The notes under the pieces were generated by a model. That model saw only the letters and a list, made by a program, of their open reading frames with translations. It was not told the origin of the DNA and ran no database searches. Shown here in pieces: positions 1-13,629 of a stretch of DNA of 64,000 nt (position 1 is the first letter of the stretch; every line of letters begins with the position of its first letter). The DNA is from Malacoraja senta (Eukaryota), in assembly GCA_038087875.1 (NCBI GenBank), contig CM075997.1:5024001-5088000 (forward strand). The letters run 5' to 3'. The translations under genes were made by a program, and so were the position numbers.

Positions 1-389
1 TGCAGTTCCTTCTTAAAAAAAAGTTTAAAGGAGGTTCACAAAAGTGCTGGAGAAACTCAGCGGGTGATAGATGCTGCCTCACCCTCTGAGTTTCTCCAGC
101 ACTTTTGTCTACCTCCTTTAAATTGTGCCCCCTTCACCTCAAAACTTATGCCATCGCATCTTCCAAGTTTTTCCTTAGCAGCATCTATGGAGTGAAGGAA
201 ATAGGCAACGTTTCGGGCCGAAACCCTTCTTCAGACTGACGGCCTTTAAAGGAGGTTGTTTTCTCTGGAGCATCGCTGGTTGAGGGGAGAACAGATAGAC
301 AGACGTATGTAAAATGATGAGAAGCACAGATAGGGTGGATGGTCAGCATGGACTCAGTGGACCATAGGCCCTGTTTCCACGCTGTATCT

Positions 390-695
390 TTCAATCAATC
401 TCTTGCCCAGAGTCGGTGAATCAAGGACCAGAGGACATTGGTTTAAGGTGAAGGGGGAAAGATTTAATAAATATCTGAGGGGTAACCTTTCCACACAAAA
501 GGTGGTGGAGGTATGGAACAAGCTGCCTGAGGAAGTAGTTGAAGCATTTGAGAAACCGTTGGACAGGTACATGGTTAGGACATGTTTGGAGAGATATGGA
601 CCAAACGCTGGCAGGTGGGACAAGTGTAGCTGGGGCATGTTGGCTCGTGTGGGCCGAAGGGCCTGTTTCCATGTTGTATGACTCAGTGACTTTCT
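390..695 (+). mobile_element. HER1-type CR1 3' fragment; representative of similar pieces at ~1950-2820, 5560-6150, 19635-20040, 54330-54600 (+) and 55015-55270 (-)
   Basis: PRVGESRTRGH..KVKGERF motif and the 3' tail gggccgaagggcctgtttcc shared with the SINEs. Confidence 0.85.
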
Positions 696-2921
696 ATGGT
701 CAAGTTAAAACTAACATTTTTAACAACTTTGGACTTGAATCATACCAAATGGCCCTGAAGACGTGGCAACTCTTATTCATCATCTCAGTGTCATCTACTA
801 TTCCCACACTTGTACTGACTTATGATTGAAGTGTGAAAACGCACACCTCCAGATTCAGGGACAGTTTCTTCCCAGCTGTTATCAGGCAACTGAACCATCC
901 TACCACAACCAGAGAGCAGTGCTGAACTAATATCTACCTCATTAGAGACCCTCGGACTATCTTTGATCGGTCTTTACTGGACTTTATCTTGCACTAAATG
1001 TTATTCACGTTATACCCTTATCATGTATCTGTACACTGTGGACGGCTCGATTGTAATCATGAATTGTCTTTCCGCTGACTGGTTTGCACTGGTTAACAAA
1101 AGCTTTTCACTGTACCTCGGTACACGTGACAATAAACTAAACTCAAACAGAGTAGCATTTTTACAGAACCGTATGGGAAAATGAATTTCATTGTACCATT
1201 GGACAAGTGACTGAAAACTATCTTTGAAACATAATATTGAGGAACAGGTGGAGAAACCAGCCGATACTGGGGCAGCTTTGAAGGACAAAATATCACCTTT
1301 ATTCCCAAGCCAAGATCGTGACATTCTTTGTGATTTTTGTTCCTTAAAGTTGTTTAAATCCTTCTTATTTAACAGACAAGTAGCCGTCCTGTTGGGTTCA
1401 AGTAACACAGTTACGACCAGCGATCCCCACATACTTACACTATCCTACACACACTAGGGACAATTTACAATTTTACCGAAGCCAATTAGCCTACAAACCT
1501 GTACGTCTTTGGAGTGTGGGAGGAAACCGGAGCACCCGGAGAAAACCCACGCGGTCACGGGGAGAACGTACAAACTCCGTACAGACAGCACCCGTAGTCA
1601 GGATCGAACCCGGGTCTCTGGAGCTGAGAGGTGCTGACTGTACAGAGTGTGCATGTTCTCCCCATGATCTGTGCGTTTTTCTCCGAGATCTTCGGTTTCC
1701 TCCCACACTCCAAAGACGTACAGGTTTGTAGGTTAATTGGCCTGGTGTATGTGTAACTTGTCCCTACTGTGTGTCGGATAGTGTTAGTGTGCGGGGATCG
1801 CTGGTCAGAGCGGACTCGGTGGGCCGAAGGGCCTGTTTCCGTGCTGTATCGCTAAACTAAACTACACTAAACTAAAAAAAAAATGCTGATACCAAAAGCA
1901 AAACTCTGCAGATGCTGTAAATCTGAAATTAAATAGATTGGCACAAAAGTGTGTGGTATTGTCGATGGTGAAAATGCTTGTCTAAAATTGCAGCAGGTTC
2001 TTGAGCGATTGGCCAGTTGGGCTGAGGAATGGTTGATGGAATTTAATATAGAGATATGTTGCATTTTGGGAGCACTAACATGGGCGGGACTCACACAGTG
2101 AATAGTAGGCCTCTGGGGAGTGTTGTAGAGCAGAGGAGTACAGGTGTATGGTTCCTTGAAGGTTGAGTCGCAGGTAGATAGGGTGGTTATAAAGCCTTTA
2201 GGCACATTGGCCTTCATCAGTCAATATAATGAGTATACAAGTTGGGAGGTCATGTTATATGTCATGTCAATTATATAAGATGTTGGCGAGGCCACATGTG
2301 GAGAATTGTGTTCAGTTCTGGGCACCGTGTTATAGAATTATGTTGTCAAGCTGGAAAGGGTGCAGAGAAGATTTACGAGGATGTTGCCAGGACTCGAGGG
2401 CCTAAGCTAAAGGCAGAGGTTGAGCAGGCTGGGACTCTGTTCCTTGGAGCCCGAGGATATGGGGTGATCTTATAGAGGTGTACAATATCGTGAAAAGAAT
2501 AGATTGGGTAGGTGCACAAAGTCTCTTGCCCAGAGTAGGGGAATCGAGGACCAGAGGACATAGGTTTAAAGTGAAGAGGGGAAATATTTAATAGGAACCT
2601 GAGGGGTAACGTTTTCACACAAAGGGTGGTGGGTGTATGGAACAAGCTGCTGAAAGGTAGTTGAGGCTGGGACTATCGCAACATTTGGACAGGTACATGG
2701 ATAGGAAAGGTTTAGTAGGGTATGGGTCAAACGCAAGCAGGTGGGACTAGAGTAGATAGGACATGTTGGCCGGCGTGGGCAAGGTGGGCCGAAGGGCCTG
2801 TTTCCACGCTGTATCACTCTATGGCTGGTAATACACAGGAATCCTGTATCCCACACTAATGTATCCGTACACTGTAAATGACTCGATTGTAATCATGTAT
2901 TGTCTTTCCACTGACTGGTAA

Positions 2922-3239
2922 TGGGGCTGTCCCACTGTACGAGCTAATTCAAGAGTTCTCCCGAGTTTCCCCTGATTCAACTCGGAGAATTACCGGTAAT
3001 AGCCGCTCATAGGTACTCGGGGCTCTCGTGGACATTTTTCAACATGTTGAAAAATCTTCACGAGTCTTCACAAGCTTACCGCGTTTCCAGAGTACCTGCC
3101 GTTAGCGTTTCGAGACGCTAAGAGACGTCCCCGAGCTCCAACGTACCCGCAACGTACATTCTACGTGCTTACCACGAGTTTGATTGTTATTTAAACTCGG
3201 GAGAGCTCTTGAATTACCTCGTACAGTGGGACAGCCCCT
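2922..3239. mobile_element. PIF/Harbinger-like MITE, family A
   Basis: Long TIRs (TGGGGCTGTCCCACTGTACGAG ... CTCGTACAGTGGGACAGCCCCT), flanked by TAA/TTA, inserted into a Rex1-like tail. Confidence 0.8.
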
Positions 3240-4026
3240 TTAGCACGCAACAAAAGCTCTTCACTGTACCTCGATACACATGATAGTGAACGAAACTGAA
3301 ATTAAACTGAAAGAAAGATAGCAGCCTCTGAGGAGAGAGAAATAATGTTTTGTGTCGGTGAACCAGTTCAAGTGAAAGGTGATAAGGAAGAAACATATTC
3401 TGGATGGAAGATAGACACAAAAAGCTGGAGTAACTCAGCGGGACAGGCAGCATCTCTGGAGAGAAGGAATAGGTGATGTTTCGGGAGATCCGGAGATGCT
3501 GCCTGTCCCGCTGAGTTACTCCAGCTTGTTGTATCTATCTCCGGTTTATACCAGCATCTGCAGTTCCTTCTTACATATTCTGGATGGACTCAGCAGGTCA
3601 GGCGGCATCTGTGGAGAGAGGATCAGTTGATGTTTCAGGATGACAACCCATCATCAGGTCATCGTCCCGGTGCTTTAAACCTCTCCACAGGTTCTGCCTG
3701 ACCCGCTGGACATTCCCAACATCGTCTGTCCTGGCTAAAGTCTTCGACAGGGGTGTGTTTATTAATAGTGCGACAGGGTGCGGAAATGTGAAAAACTTTC
3801 ACATTGCGGGCACGGGAAGAAACAGGATGTGTATGTATCTAATCTATAAATAGGTTGGACTTAAAACAATCGATTTGCTGATTGACTTCACATGTGGTGG
3901 AATGTGCAGGTCGGCTTTGAAAGAGCTGGCTGATTGGAAACAGAGAGCCGTCTGTGAAGGTCTTTTAAACTGAGAGCCAAGGAGACCGTAGGCTGTCCCA
4001 CTGTGAGTGTCTGGACTGCAGTGTGT

Positions 4027-4762
4027 GGGAGAGAGAGAGAGGGAGAAGGAGAGAGGGAGGAAGGAGAGAGGGAGAGGAAGATAAGGAGAGGGAGAAGGAG
4101 AGAGGGAGGAGGAGAGAGGGAGAGGAAGAGAGGGAGAGTGATAAGGAGAGGGAGAAGGAGAGAGGAAGGAAAGAGGAAGGAGGGAGAGGAGAGGGATAAG
4201 GAGAGGGAGAAGGAGAGAGGGAGAGGAAGAGAGGGAGAGTGATAAGGAGAGGGAGAGTGATAAGGAGAGGGAGAAGGAGAGAGGGAGGAAGGAAAGAGGA
4301 AGGAGGGATAAGGAGAGGGATAAGGAGAGGGAGGAAGGAGAGAGGAAGGAAGGAGAGAGGAAGGAAGGAGAGAGGGAGAGGGAGATAAGGAGAGGGAGAA
4401 GGAGAGAGGGAGGAGGAGAGAGGGAGAGGAAGGAGAGAGGAAGGAAGGAGAGAGGGATAGGGATAAAGAAAGAGGGAGAGGGAGAAGGAGAAACAGAGAG
4501 GGAGAAGGAGAAGGAGAGAGGGAGAAGGAGAAATGGAGAGGGAGAGGGAGAAGGAGAGAGGGAGAGGAATAGGGATAGAGACAGATAGGGTGAGTTTGAG
4601 AGAGAGAGGGAGAGATAAAGAGAGAGAAAGAGTGAGAGAGAAAGAAAGAGAGAGAAAGAGAAGGAGGGATAGAGGGCTAGGGATAGAGAGAGGGAGATAG
4701 AGAGAGAATAAAAGAAAGAGGTAGAGGAGAGAGCGAGAGGGGAGAGAGAGAGAGAAAGGAGA
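4027..4762. repeat. Polypurine (GA-rich) degenerate tandem repeat
   Basis: About 730 bp almost entirely G/A on the + strand, with recurring GAGAGGGAGAAGGA units. Confidence 0.95.
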
Positions 4763-4997
4763 ATCAAATATCCCTGGGTCTTACCAACAGCCAGACAGGG
4801 AGTGAGAGGAAGGCGGAGCAGAACACTGTGTTAAAACTGCAGCAGCCACAGTTAAACAGTTGGATCCACTGATGCTAACCCCACCGGCACTTGCTGTCTG
4901 CGGGCTGCATTACTGGCTGCAACAGGGCTGCAAGGCTGCCTGCTGACAATGTTAGCCCAATATCAGACATTGGCTCCACCAGCCGCAGCAAGCCAGC

Positions 4998-5065
4998 ATG
5001 GCTGACGATTACAGAGGCCAGTGTTCACCTCCACTGCATGGCACTGGCCACCAACTCAATCACAG
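4998..5065 (+). CDS. RASGRP4: Probable first coding exon of the RASGRP4-like gene (MADDYRGQCSPPLHGTGHQLNH-R)
   Basis: ATG at 4998 in strong Kozak context (ccAgcATGG), in-frame TAG upstream at 4953-4955, strong donor CAG|GTAGGT at 5065/5066. It ends in phase 2 (AG|), matching the phase-2 start of exon 2 (|G AAG), and lies in a unique non-repeat island. The peptide has no homology I recognise. Confidence 0.5.
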
Positions 5066-6671
5066 GTAGGTACCAAACTATCAGCCTGAGTTCACTAACT
5101 ATGTGTCAGGGTGATTTAGTGCGAGCCTGCTAGTGTTTAAGGCCATCACAGTTTAAATAGGAGAACATGGATAGGACAGGTTTGGAGGGATATGGACCAA
5201 ACGCAGGCAGGCGGGACTAGTGTAGCTGGGACATGTTGGGTGGTGTGGGCTGGTTGGGCCGAAGGGCCTGTTTCTACACTGTATCAGTCTACGACACTCT
5301 AATCAAAACAAATACTCCAATGGATGCAAAATGATCCAATTCATCAGAAAAGATAGTTTTACGACGCTAGCCTTTGTATGCAAAATAACCCGACCACATT
5401 AGAAAAGGTGAATCAGCCTCTTTGCAGCAAACAGCATTCAGTTCCATATGTCTTCAAATAACTTCCTAGTGAAAGGTGCTGCAATCAAACCAACTGATTC
5501 TACAACTTACACAAGGTGCAGGCACCCTTGAAGATGGAGTCGCAGGCAGGGAGAATATTAAGTATTGAAGTTGGGAGGTCATGTTGCAGTTGAATAAGAC
5601 ATTGGTGAGGCCGCATTTAGAATATTGTGTTCAGTTCTGGGCACCGTGTATAGGAAAGATATTGTCAAGCTGGAAAGGGTACAGAGAAGATTTATGAGGA
5701 TGTTGCCAGGATTAGAGGGTGTGAGCTATAGGGAGAGGTTGAGCAGGCTGGTCTCTATTCCTTGGAGCGCAGGATGAGGGGTGATCTTCTAGAGGTGTAT
5801 AAAATCATGAGAGGAATAGATCGGGTAGATGCACAGAGTCTCTTGCCCAGAGTAGGGGCATTGAGGACCAGACGACATACTATAGGTTTATGGTGAGGGG
5901 GGAAAGATTTTAAAGGGATCTGAGGGTAACTTTTTCACACAGAGGGTGGTGGGTGTATGGAACGAGCTGCCGGAGGAGGTAGAGCCAGGGACTATCGCAG
6001 TGTTTAAGAACAATTAGACAGGTACATGGATAGGACAGGGTTTGGAGGGATATGTACAAAACGTGGGCAGGTGGGACTGGTGTAGCTGGGACTTGCTGGT
6101 CAGTGTGGGCAAGTTGGGCTGAAGAGCCTCTTAGCACACTGTATGATTCAAGGACTCAGGTCAGGTCAGGCAGCATCTGTGGAGGGAATGGGCAGATGAT
6201 GTTTCAGGTCCGGACCCTTCCTCAGACTGGCCCTTCTTCAGAGTTTTCAATAGGTTTGGTTCTGATATCAGTGTAGTTTCGGTTTTTAGTTTAACTTTTA
6301 TAGATACAGCGCAGAAACAGGCCCTTCGGCCCTCCAGGTCTGTGCCTGCACACTAATGCTATCCTACACATACTAGACACAATTTACAATTGTACCAAGC
6401 AATTAACCTACAAACTGCATGTCTTTGTAGTGTGGGAGGAAACCGGAGCACCCGTAGAAAACCCACGCGGTCACAGGGAGAACGTACAAACTCGTGCGGG
6501 GATCGGCTGGATGGCACAGACTCGATGGGCCGAAGGGGCCTGTTTCCGTGCTGTATCTCTAAACTAAACTAAACCAGGGTAGAGAGGTGATCTGTGGTGT
6601 TCTATTGCCCATGTGTAACTCAGCAGGTCAGGCAACATCTCTGGACTGACATGGATAGATGACATTTCAAG

Positions 6672-7090
6672 CTGGGCTGTACACTCTGGAGTTTAGAAGG
6701 ATGAGAGGGCATCTTATTGAAACATATAAGATTATTAAGGGTTTGGACATGCTAGAGGCAGGAAACATGTTCCCGATGTTGGGGGAAGTCCAGAACCAGG
6801 GGCCACAGATTAAGAATAAGGGGTAAACATTTTAGAACGGAGACGAGGAAACACTTTTTCTCACAGAGAGTTGTGAGTCTGTGGAATTCTCTGCCTCAGA
6901 GGGCGGTGGAGGCCGGTTCTCTGGATACTTTCAAGACAGAGCTAGATAGGCTCTTAAAGATAGCGGAGTCAGGGGATATGGGGAGAAGGCAGGAGCGGGG
7001 TACAGATTGTGGATGATCAGCCATGATCACATTGAATGGCGGTGCTGGCTCGAAGGCCGAATGGCCAACTCCTGCACCTATTGTCTATTA
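6672..7090 (+). mobile_element. CR1 3' fragment; similar pieces at ~20045-20397 (-), 24030-24405, 24550-25050, 34195-34525, 40615-40960 (-), 48110-48668 and 52925-53340 (-)
   Basis: GESRTRGHSLRI / QRVVNLWNSLPQ motifs and CR1 3' UTR. Confidence 0.82.
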
Positions 7091-10000
7091 TCTTCATTGA
7101 AACTGGAAGCATGTGTGTTTTTTAGGTTTAGGGTTGTATGGGTTGGTTCAGGAACCTGATGGTTGTAGAAAGTATCTGTTCCTGAAGCTGGTGCTGTGGG
7201 ACTCTAGGCTTCTGTACCTCCTGCCCGACGGTGCCAGTGAGAAGAGGGCACGGCCTGGATGGTGGCATCCTTGATGGTAGATGCTGCCTTCTTGATGTTT
7301 GGGGAGGGCACTGCCCTTGATGGGCCGGGCTGTGTCCACCACTCTCTGCAGCCTCTTGTGTTCCCGCATGTTGGAACTGCCGTACCATGCAACGATGCAA
7401 CCAATGATGGCAGCACGGTGACATAGCGGTAGAGTTGCTGCCTCACAGCGCCAGAGACCCAGGTTCGATCCTGACTACGGGTGCTGCCTGTACGGAGTTT
7501 GTACGTTCTCCCCGTGACCGTGTGGGTTTTCCCCGAGATCTTTGGTTTCCTCCCGCACTCCAAAGACGTACAGGTTTGTAGGCTTGGTATAAATCCAAAA
7601 AAAATTAGTCCCCCAGTGTGTGTGGGATAGTGCTAGTGTATGGGGAGATCGCTGGTCGGCACGGAGTCAGTGGGCTGAAGGGCCTGTTTCCGCGCTGTAT
7701 CTCGAACTCTAAAACTAAAGACCAGGGGGAAAATAACCTACAAACCCACCACATCTTTGGGATGTGGGAAGAAATAGGGGTAACCACGGAAACCAGTGAG
7801 AACATCTGATCGATGGTTGGCACGGTTTTCAATGCGCTGGATGTTTTGAGGTTTTGTTGATGATGTGACCAAAAAAGTACCCAAGGTCAGGATCGAACCG
7901 GGCCTCTGGTGCAGTGAGGGAGCGGCTCTTACAGCTGGAGACTCTGGCATAACTCGTAGAACCTGGATGATCGTCCACAATTCCATTGCATCCCGCGTAA
8001 GCCTGGTCTGTCCTCTCTTCCGGCCACGCGTGGTTTGATGGGGAAATGGACATGATAAGCACACGTGGCGGATATCGTCACCGGTGGACACGGAGGGAGC
8101 TGCAAGTTGCATCAGGTTGCAGCAGCTGCATCGCTGTGCTACGGCAGGGCTGGAGGATTGCAAGGCTGCAACTACATCCCCAAGATGCAGGTGCATATTG
8201 CTCGGCCTCTGCTACCCGACGATGCCCTGGCAACTCCACACTACAGTTTAGATTATTGCCAAGTGTACCGAGGTACAGTGAAAAGCTTCTGTTGGGTGCT
8301 AACCAGTCAGCAGAAAGACAATACATGATTACAATCGAGCCGTTCACAGTGTACAGATACATGATAAGGGAATAACGTTTAGTGCAAGGTAAAGCCAGCA
8401 AAGTCTGGTCAAGGATAGTCTGAGGGTCACCAATGAGGTAATAGTAGTTCAGCACTGCTCTCTGGTTGTGGTAGGATGGTTCAGTTGCCTGATAACAGCT
8501 GGGAAGAAACTGTCCCTGAATCTGGAGGTGTGCGGTTTTCACACTTCTATACCTTTTGCCCGATGGGAGAGGGGAGAAGAGGGAGTGGCCGGGGTGCGAC
8601 TGGTCCTTGATGATGATGCTGGCCTTGCTGGTGTAGATGGAGCCAATGGAAGGGAGGGTTGGTTTGTGTGATGGTCTGGGCTGCGTCCACAATTCTCTGC
8701 TATTTCTTGCGGCCCTGGACGGAGCTGTTCCCAAACCGTGCTATGATGCTCTCTGTGGCAAATTAGCCAAAGGGTGAAGTTCCCACCAAATATTTGCCGA
8801 TGAGACATCGGGTATTTTTAAGGCGGCGATTGATAGATTCTAGATGAGTACGGGTGTCAGAGTTTATGTGGAGAAGGCAGGAGAATGGGGTTAGGAGGGA
8901 GAGATAGATCAGCCATGATTGAATGGCCGAGTAGACCTGTTGGGCCATTTGGCCTAGTTCTGCTCCTAGAACATATGCCAATGAGGCCAATGGTTTTGCC
9001 CGTTGTCCATGCCCTCTGAAAGGTGTAAGTGACCCACAGTGGCCCGTCCCGTGAAGCCACCTCCACAGGGCTGCGGGCAGGGAGGTCTAGGACATCACGA
9101 AGTCTCAAATCCGAATGACGTCAATGACGTATACACTCACAACCTTCCTCCCGGGGTAGAAAGGTCAAAGACTAACTTCAGGGCAAAATTTAAATCGGAT
9201 GTGTAGGGCAAGTTCTTGATTAGTACGGGTGTCAGGGGTTATGGGAAGAAGGCAGGAGAATGGGGTTAGGAGGGAGAGATAGATCAGCCATGATTGAATG
9301 GCGGAGTAGACTTGATGGGCTGAATGGCCTGATTCTACTCTACACAGAGTGGGGTGGGTTTCCATGTAAATGTCTCTGAATCACCACTATCGTATCTGCC
9401 TCCACCACCAACCCCGACAGCGCGTCCCACCACCCTCTGTGTAAAAAAAACTTCCCCCGAACATCTCCTTTAAACTTTGCCCCTCTCACCTTCCAGCTAT
9501 GCCCTCTAGTCTTTGACCTTTACTCTCTGAGGATAAAGGTATATCCGGTTTTCCTATCGTCAAGTTCGTGAATATTGCGGATGGTGTTAGGGGGCTGTGG
9601 AAGGATCAGGGAAAGGGCAAAGACATGGCAGATGGAATCATGTGTGGAAAATATGAAGCTGTTACTTTGGTACAAAGAAAGGGAGTCACAGAGGTGCCGT
9701 GGTAGAGTTGCTGCCTTACTGCGCTTCGATCCTGACTACGGGTGCTGTCTGTACGGAGTTTGCACGTTCTCCCCGTGACCTGCGTGGGTTTTTTTCCGGG
9801 TGCTCTGGTTTCCTCCCACATTCCAAAGACGTGCAGGTTTGTAGGTTAATTGGCCTGTTGTAAATGTAATCATTATCCCTAGTGTGTGTAGGGTAGTGTT
9901 AGCGTGCGGGGATCGCTGGGCGGTGTGGACTCGGTGGGCCGAAGGGCCTGTTTCCATGCTGTATCTCTAAAACTAAATCTAAAGGAAACCTGGCCTATTG

Positions 10001-11472
10001 TTTTCAACACTAAGTGATTGTAAGATGTTGGAATTCTTGAACAAGCTGGATTTGGTTTATTTGAATGTGTAGGAAGGAACTGGTTTACACCAAAGATAGA
10101 CACAAAATGCTGGAGCAACTCAGCGGGACAGGCAGCATCTCTGGAAAAACAACAGATCAACTTTTCTCCAACTTTACTTCCTGAGTTATCCAGCATTTAG
10201 TTTGGATTAGTTTAGATATACAGAATTGGAAACAGGCCCTTCAGCCCACTGAGTCCATGCTGACCATTGATCACCCGTTCACACTCGTTATCCCACAGCA
10301 CTCGAGGGACAACATAGAGAGGACAATTAACCGGCAAACCCGCACGTCTTTGGGATGCGGGAGGAAACCAGAGCACCTGGAGAAAACCCACGTGGTCACA
10401 GGAGGAACGTGCAGACTCCACACAGACAGCACCCGAGGTCAGGATCGAACCTGGGTCTCTGGCGCTGTGAGGCAGCAGCTCCACCACTGTGCCATCCTAC
10501 CTTCTTGTTCATCACCAGACGTTACTGTGCGGTTACTAGCAAGCAATAGGAAGGTCAATGACTTGATGGCCTTTGTTATTGTCAAAGGGTTTAGGTACAA
10601 GACTGTTATGCAGCACGGAAACAGGCCCTGCGGCCCAACTCATCCTTAACAACCAAGATGCCCCATCTACACTAGTCCCATTTATCCGTATAGTATCTCA
10701 ACCTCTCCTGTCCATGTGTACCTGTCCAAATGTCTTTTCAATGCTGTTCATTGCCTGCCTCAACTACTTCCTGGGGCACCTCCTTCCACTTACCCGAGAT
10801 AGACACAAAATGCTGGAGTGACTCAGGGGGACAGGCATCATCTCGGGAGAGAAGGAATGGGTGACGTTTCTGGTCAAGATCCCTCTTCAGACGGGTCAAT
10901 ATATGATGTGTCTGAAGGATGCAGTTTTAAACCAAAGATGGCCACAACATTCTGGACCTTATTAAATCTTTCCCCTCTCGCCTTAAAAAGTGGAGACATC
11001 TTGCTCCAATTGCGTGGGGCCGCTGTGAGACACCATCTGGAATATTGTCTGGTCTTCCGACATCAGGAATGATTGGTTAGAGATGGAGAGAGCAACACAG
11101 TTGATGCCCGGGATCTGGAACGTCATATTGAATTGAATTGAAAGATACAGCAAGGAAATAGGCTCTTCAGCCCATCACGTCCACACCAATTATGGATCAC
11201 GCATTCACACACTAGTCCATGTTATCCCACCATCTCATCCACTCCCTGCACACTGGAGGCAATTTACAGAGGACGAATTAACCTATAAACCCGCACGTCT
11301 TTGTGATGTGGCAGGAGGGAGAGATAGATCAGCCATGATTGAACGGCAGAGTGGACTTGATGGGCTGAATGGCCTAATTCTGCTGCTATCACATGAACTT
11401 TCCACACTGTGTCTATAAACCAAACTCGTAAAAAAAAAACATAATCTGGCTCCTATCACATATGAATCTTTT

Positions 11473-12066
11473 CTGCAGTTGTATAGGGCTCTGGTGAGAC
11501 CACATCTGGAGTATTGTGTACAGTTTTGGTCTCCTAATTTGAGGAAGGACATCCTTGTGATTGAGGCAGTGCAGCGTAGGTTCACGAGTTTGATCCCTGG
11601 GATGGCGGGACTGTCATATGAGGAAAGATTGAAAAGACTAGGCTTGTATTCACTGGAGTTTAGAAGGATGAGGGGGGGATCTTATAGAGACATATAAAAT
11701 TATAAAAGGGCTGGACGAGCTAGATGCAGGAAAAATGTTCCCAATGTTGGGCGAGTCCAGAACCAGGGGCCACAGTCTTAGAATAAAGGAGAGGCCATTT
11801 AAGACTGAGGTGAGAAAAAACTTTTTCACCCAGAGAGTTGTGAATTTATGGAATTCCCTGCCACAGAGGGCAGTGGAGGCCAAATCACTGGATGGATTTA
11901 AGAGCGAGTTAGATAGAGCTCTAGGGGCTAGTGGAATCAAGGGATATGGGGAGAAGGCAGGCACGGGTTATTGATTGGGGACGATCAGCCATGATCACAA
12001 TAAATGGCGGTGCTGGCTCGAAGGGCCGAATGGCCTCCTCCTGCACCTGTTTTCTATGTTTCTATG
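11473..12066 (+). mobile_element. CR1 LINE 3' fragment
   Basis: [19 protein letters not shown]...SRTRGHSL, 3' UTR and TTCTATG tail. Confidence 0.9.
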
Positions 12067-12641
12067 AACTGCTGCGAGAGAGGGAATGCAAGGATCGCTG
12101 CCTGTCCTAATTATACCTGTTGTTGTTATTAGTGTTAGTTTACATTGTCATGTGGTGGAATCAGTTTCTTGTCACGTGTACCGTGGTTCAGTGAAAAGCT
12201 CTCACAGTGAGGTACAGTGAGATATGTGTTACATGTTATGATATTGTCAGGAACGTCACGTTACAAATACACTGGTGTCACGAGTCAAAGGGAATCAGGG
12301 GTTAGAGCGTTCCACACTCGCAATAACAAATAACAAATATATGTTGCCTGTGGGATAAAGTGCAGAGCATTTGTTGGTGTGCTTATATAGGGTGGAAACA
12401 GCCTCGCTGGCACGGTGACGCTGCGGTAGAGTTGCTGCCTCACAGCGCCAGAGACCCGGGTTCGATCCTGACTACGGGTGCTGTCTGTACGGGTTTGTAC
12501 GTTCTCCCCGTGACCCGCGTGGGTTTTCTCCGAGATCTTCCGTTTCCTCCCGCACTCCAAAGACGTACAGGTTTGCAGGTTAATTGGCTTGGTGTAAATG
12601 TGAAATTGTCCCCAGTGTGTGTTGGGTAGTGTTAGCCTGTG

Positions 12642-12826
12642 GGGGCCTGTCCCACTTGGGCGTCATTTGCGCGTAATTTACGCGTCATCATTGACGTTGT
12701 GCCGCGCACGTGATGATGTAGGCAGTGACCCGCGGTAGCGAGTGGTGCCCCAGGATTTTGGGATGTACAAAATCTTCGCGCGCCATCTGCGTGACGTGCA
12801 AATGATGCCCAAGTGGGACAGGCCCT
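12642..12826. mobile_element. Harbinger-like MITE, family B, inserted in a SINE
   Basis: TIR GGGCCTGTCCCACTTGGGCGTCATTTGC / GCAAATGATGCCCAAGTGGGACAGGCCC followed by TAA. Confidence 0.75.
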
Positions 12827-13629
12827 TAAGCGTGCGGGGATCGCTGGTCGGCGGGGACTCGGTGGGCCGAAGGGCCTGTTTCTGCGCCGTATCTCTAAAA
12901 TAAACTAAACTAAACATTACATTTACACCAAGTGAATTAACCTCGAAACCAAAGATCTCAGAGAAAACCCACACAGGTCACGGGGAGAACGTACAAACTC
13001 CGGACAGACAGCACCCGTAGTCGGGATCGAACCGGGGTCTCTGGCGCTGTGAGGCAGCAACTCTACCGCTGCACCACTCTGCCGCCACACTAGCCTATTA
13101 AATCTGGTAATATTATGCATGAGTACTATCAAGCCACAAACAAACGCAGCAGACAGAGCAAAGAAACAGACAACAGAGTGAAGAAGGTGGTTTTCACCAT
13201 GGGTTAAGGTTCAGATTCATTATTGTCGTGTACCGAGGTCAGGCAATAAGCTTTGTCGTCCATGCAATCCAATTAGTTTAGATAACGCTATACTAGATAT
13301 AATCATGTCAAACTCAAGTACTATAGGTAGAGCAAAGGGGAAGGTACAGAGTGCAGAATATAGTTCTCAGCATTGTAGCGCATCAGTTCCACAGACAAAG
13401 TCCAATGTCCGCAATGGGGTGGAGGTGAATCGGACAGTACCCTGGCTTATGGAAGGACCGTTCAGAAGCCTGATAACAGAGGGGAAGAAGCTGTTCCTGA
13501 GTCTGGTGGTGCGTGCTTTCAAGCTTCTGTACTTTCTGCCGGACGGGAGCGGGGAGAGGAATGGGAAGAGATTGTTGCGTTGCAGTTCCAGAGGAAAAAG
13601 TCCAATGTCTGTACTGGGGTAGGTTGGAC

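Noticed and set aside
4891..5133. 80-aa ORF from the track (…MALATNSITG) as exon 1
   Set aside because: This frame reaches the donor in phase 1, incompatible with the phase-2 start of exon 2. The frame from ATG 4998 fits.
7940..8240. CpG-rich unique segment as a possible exon
   Set aside because: No homology I recognise, only a weak donor (CAG|GTGCAT), and no phase support.
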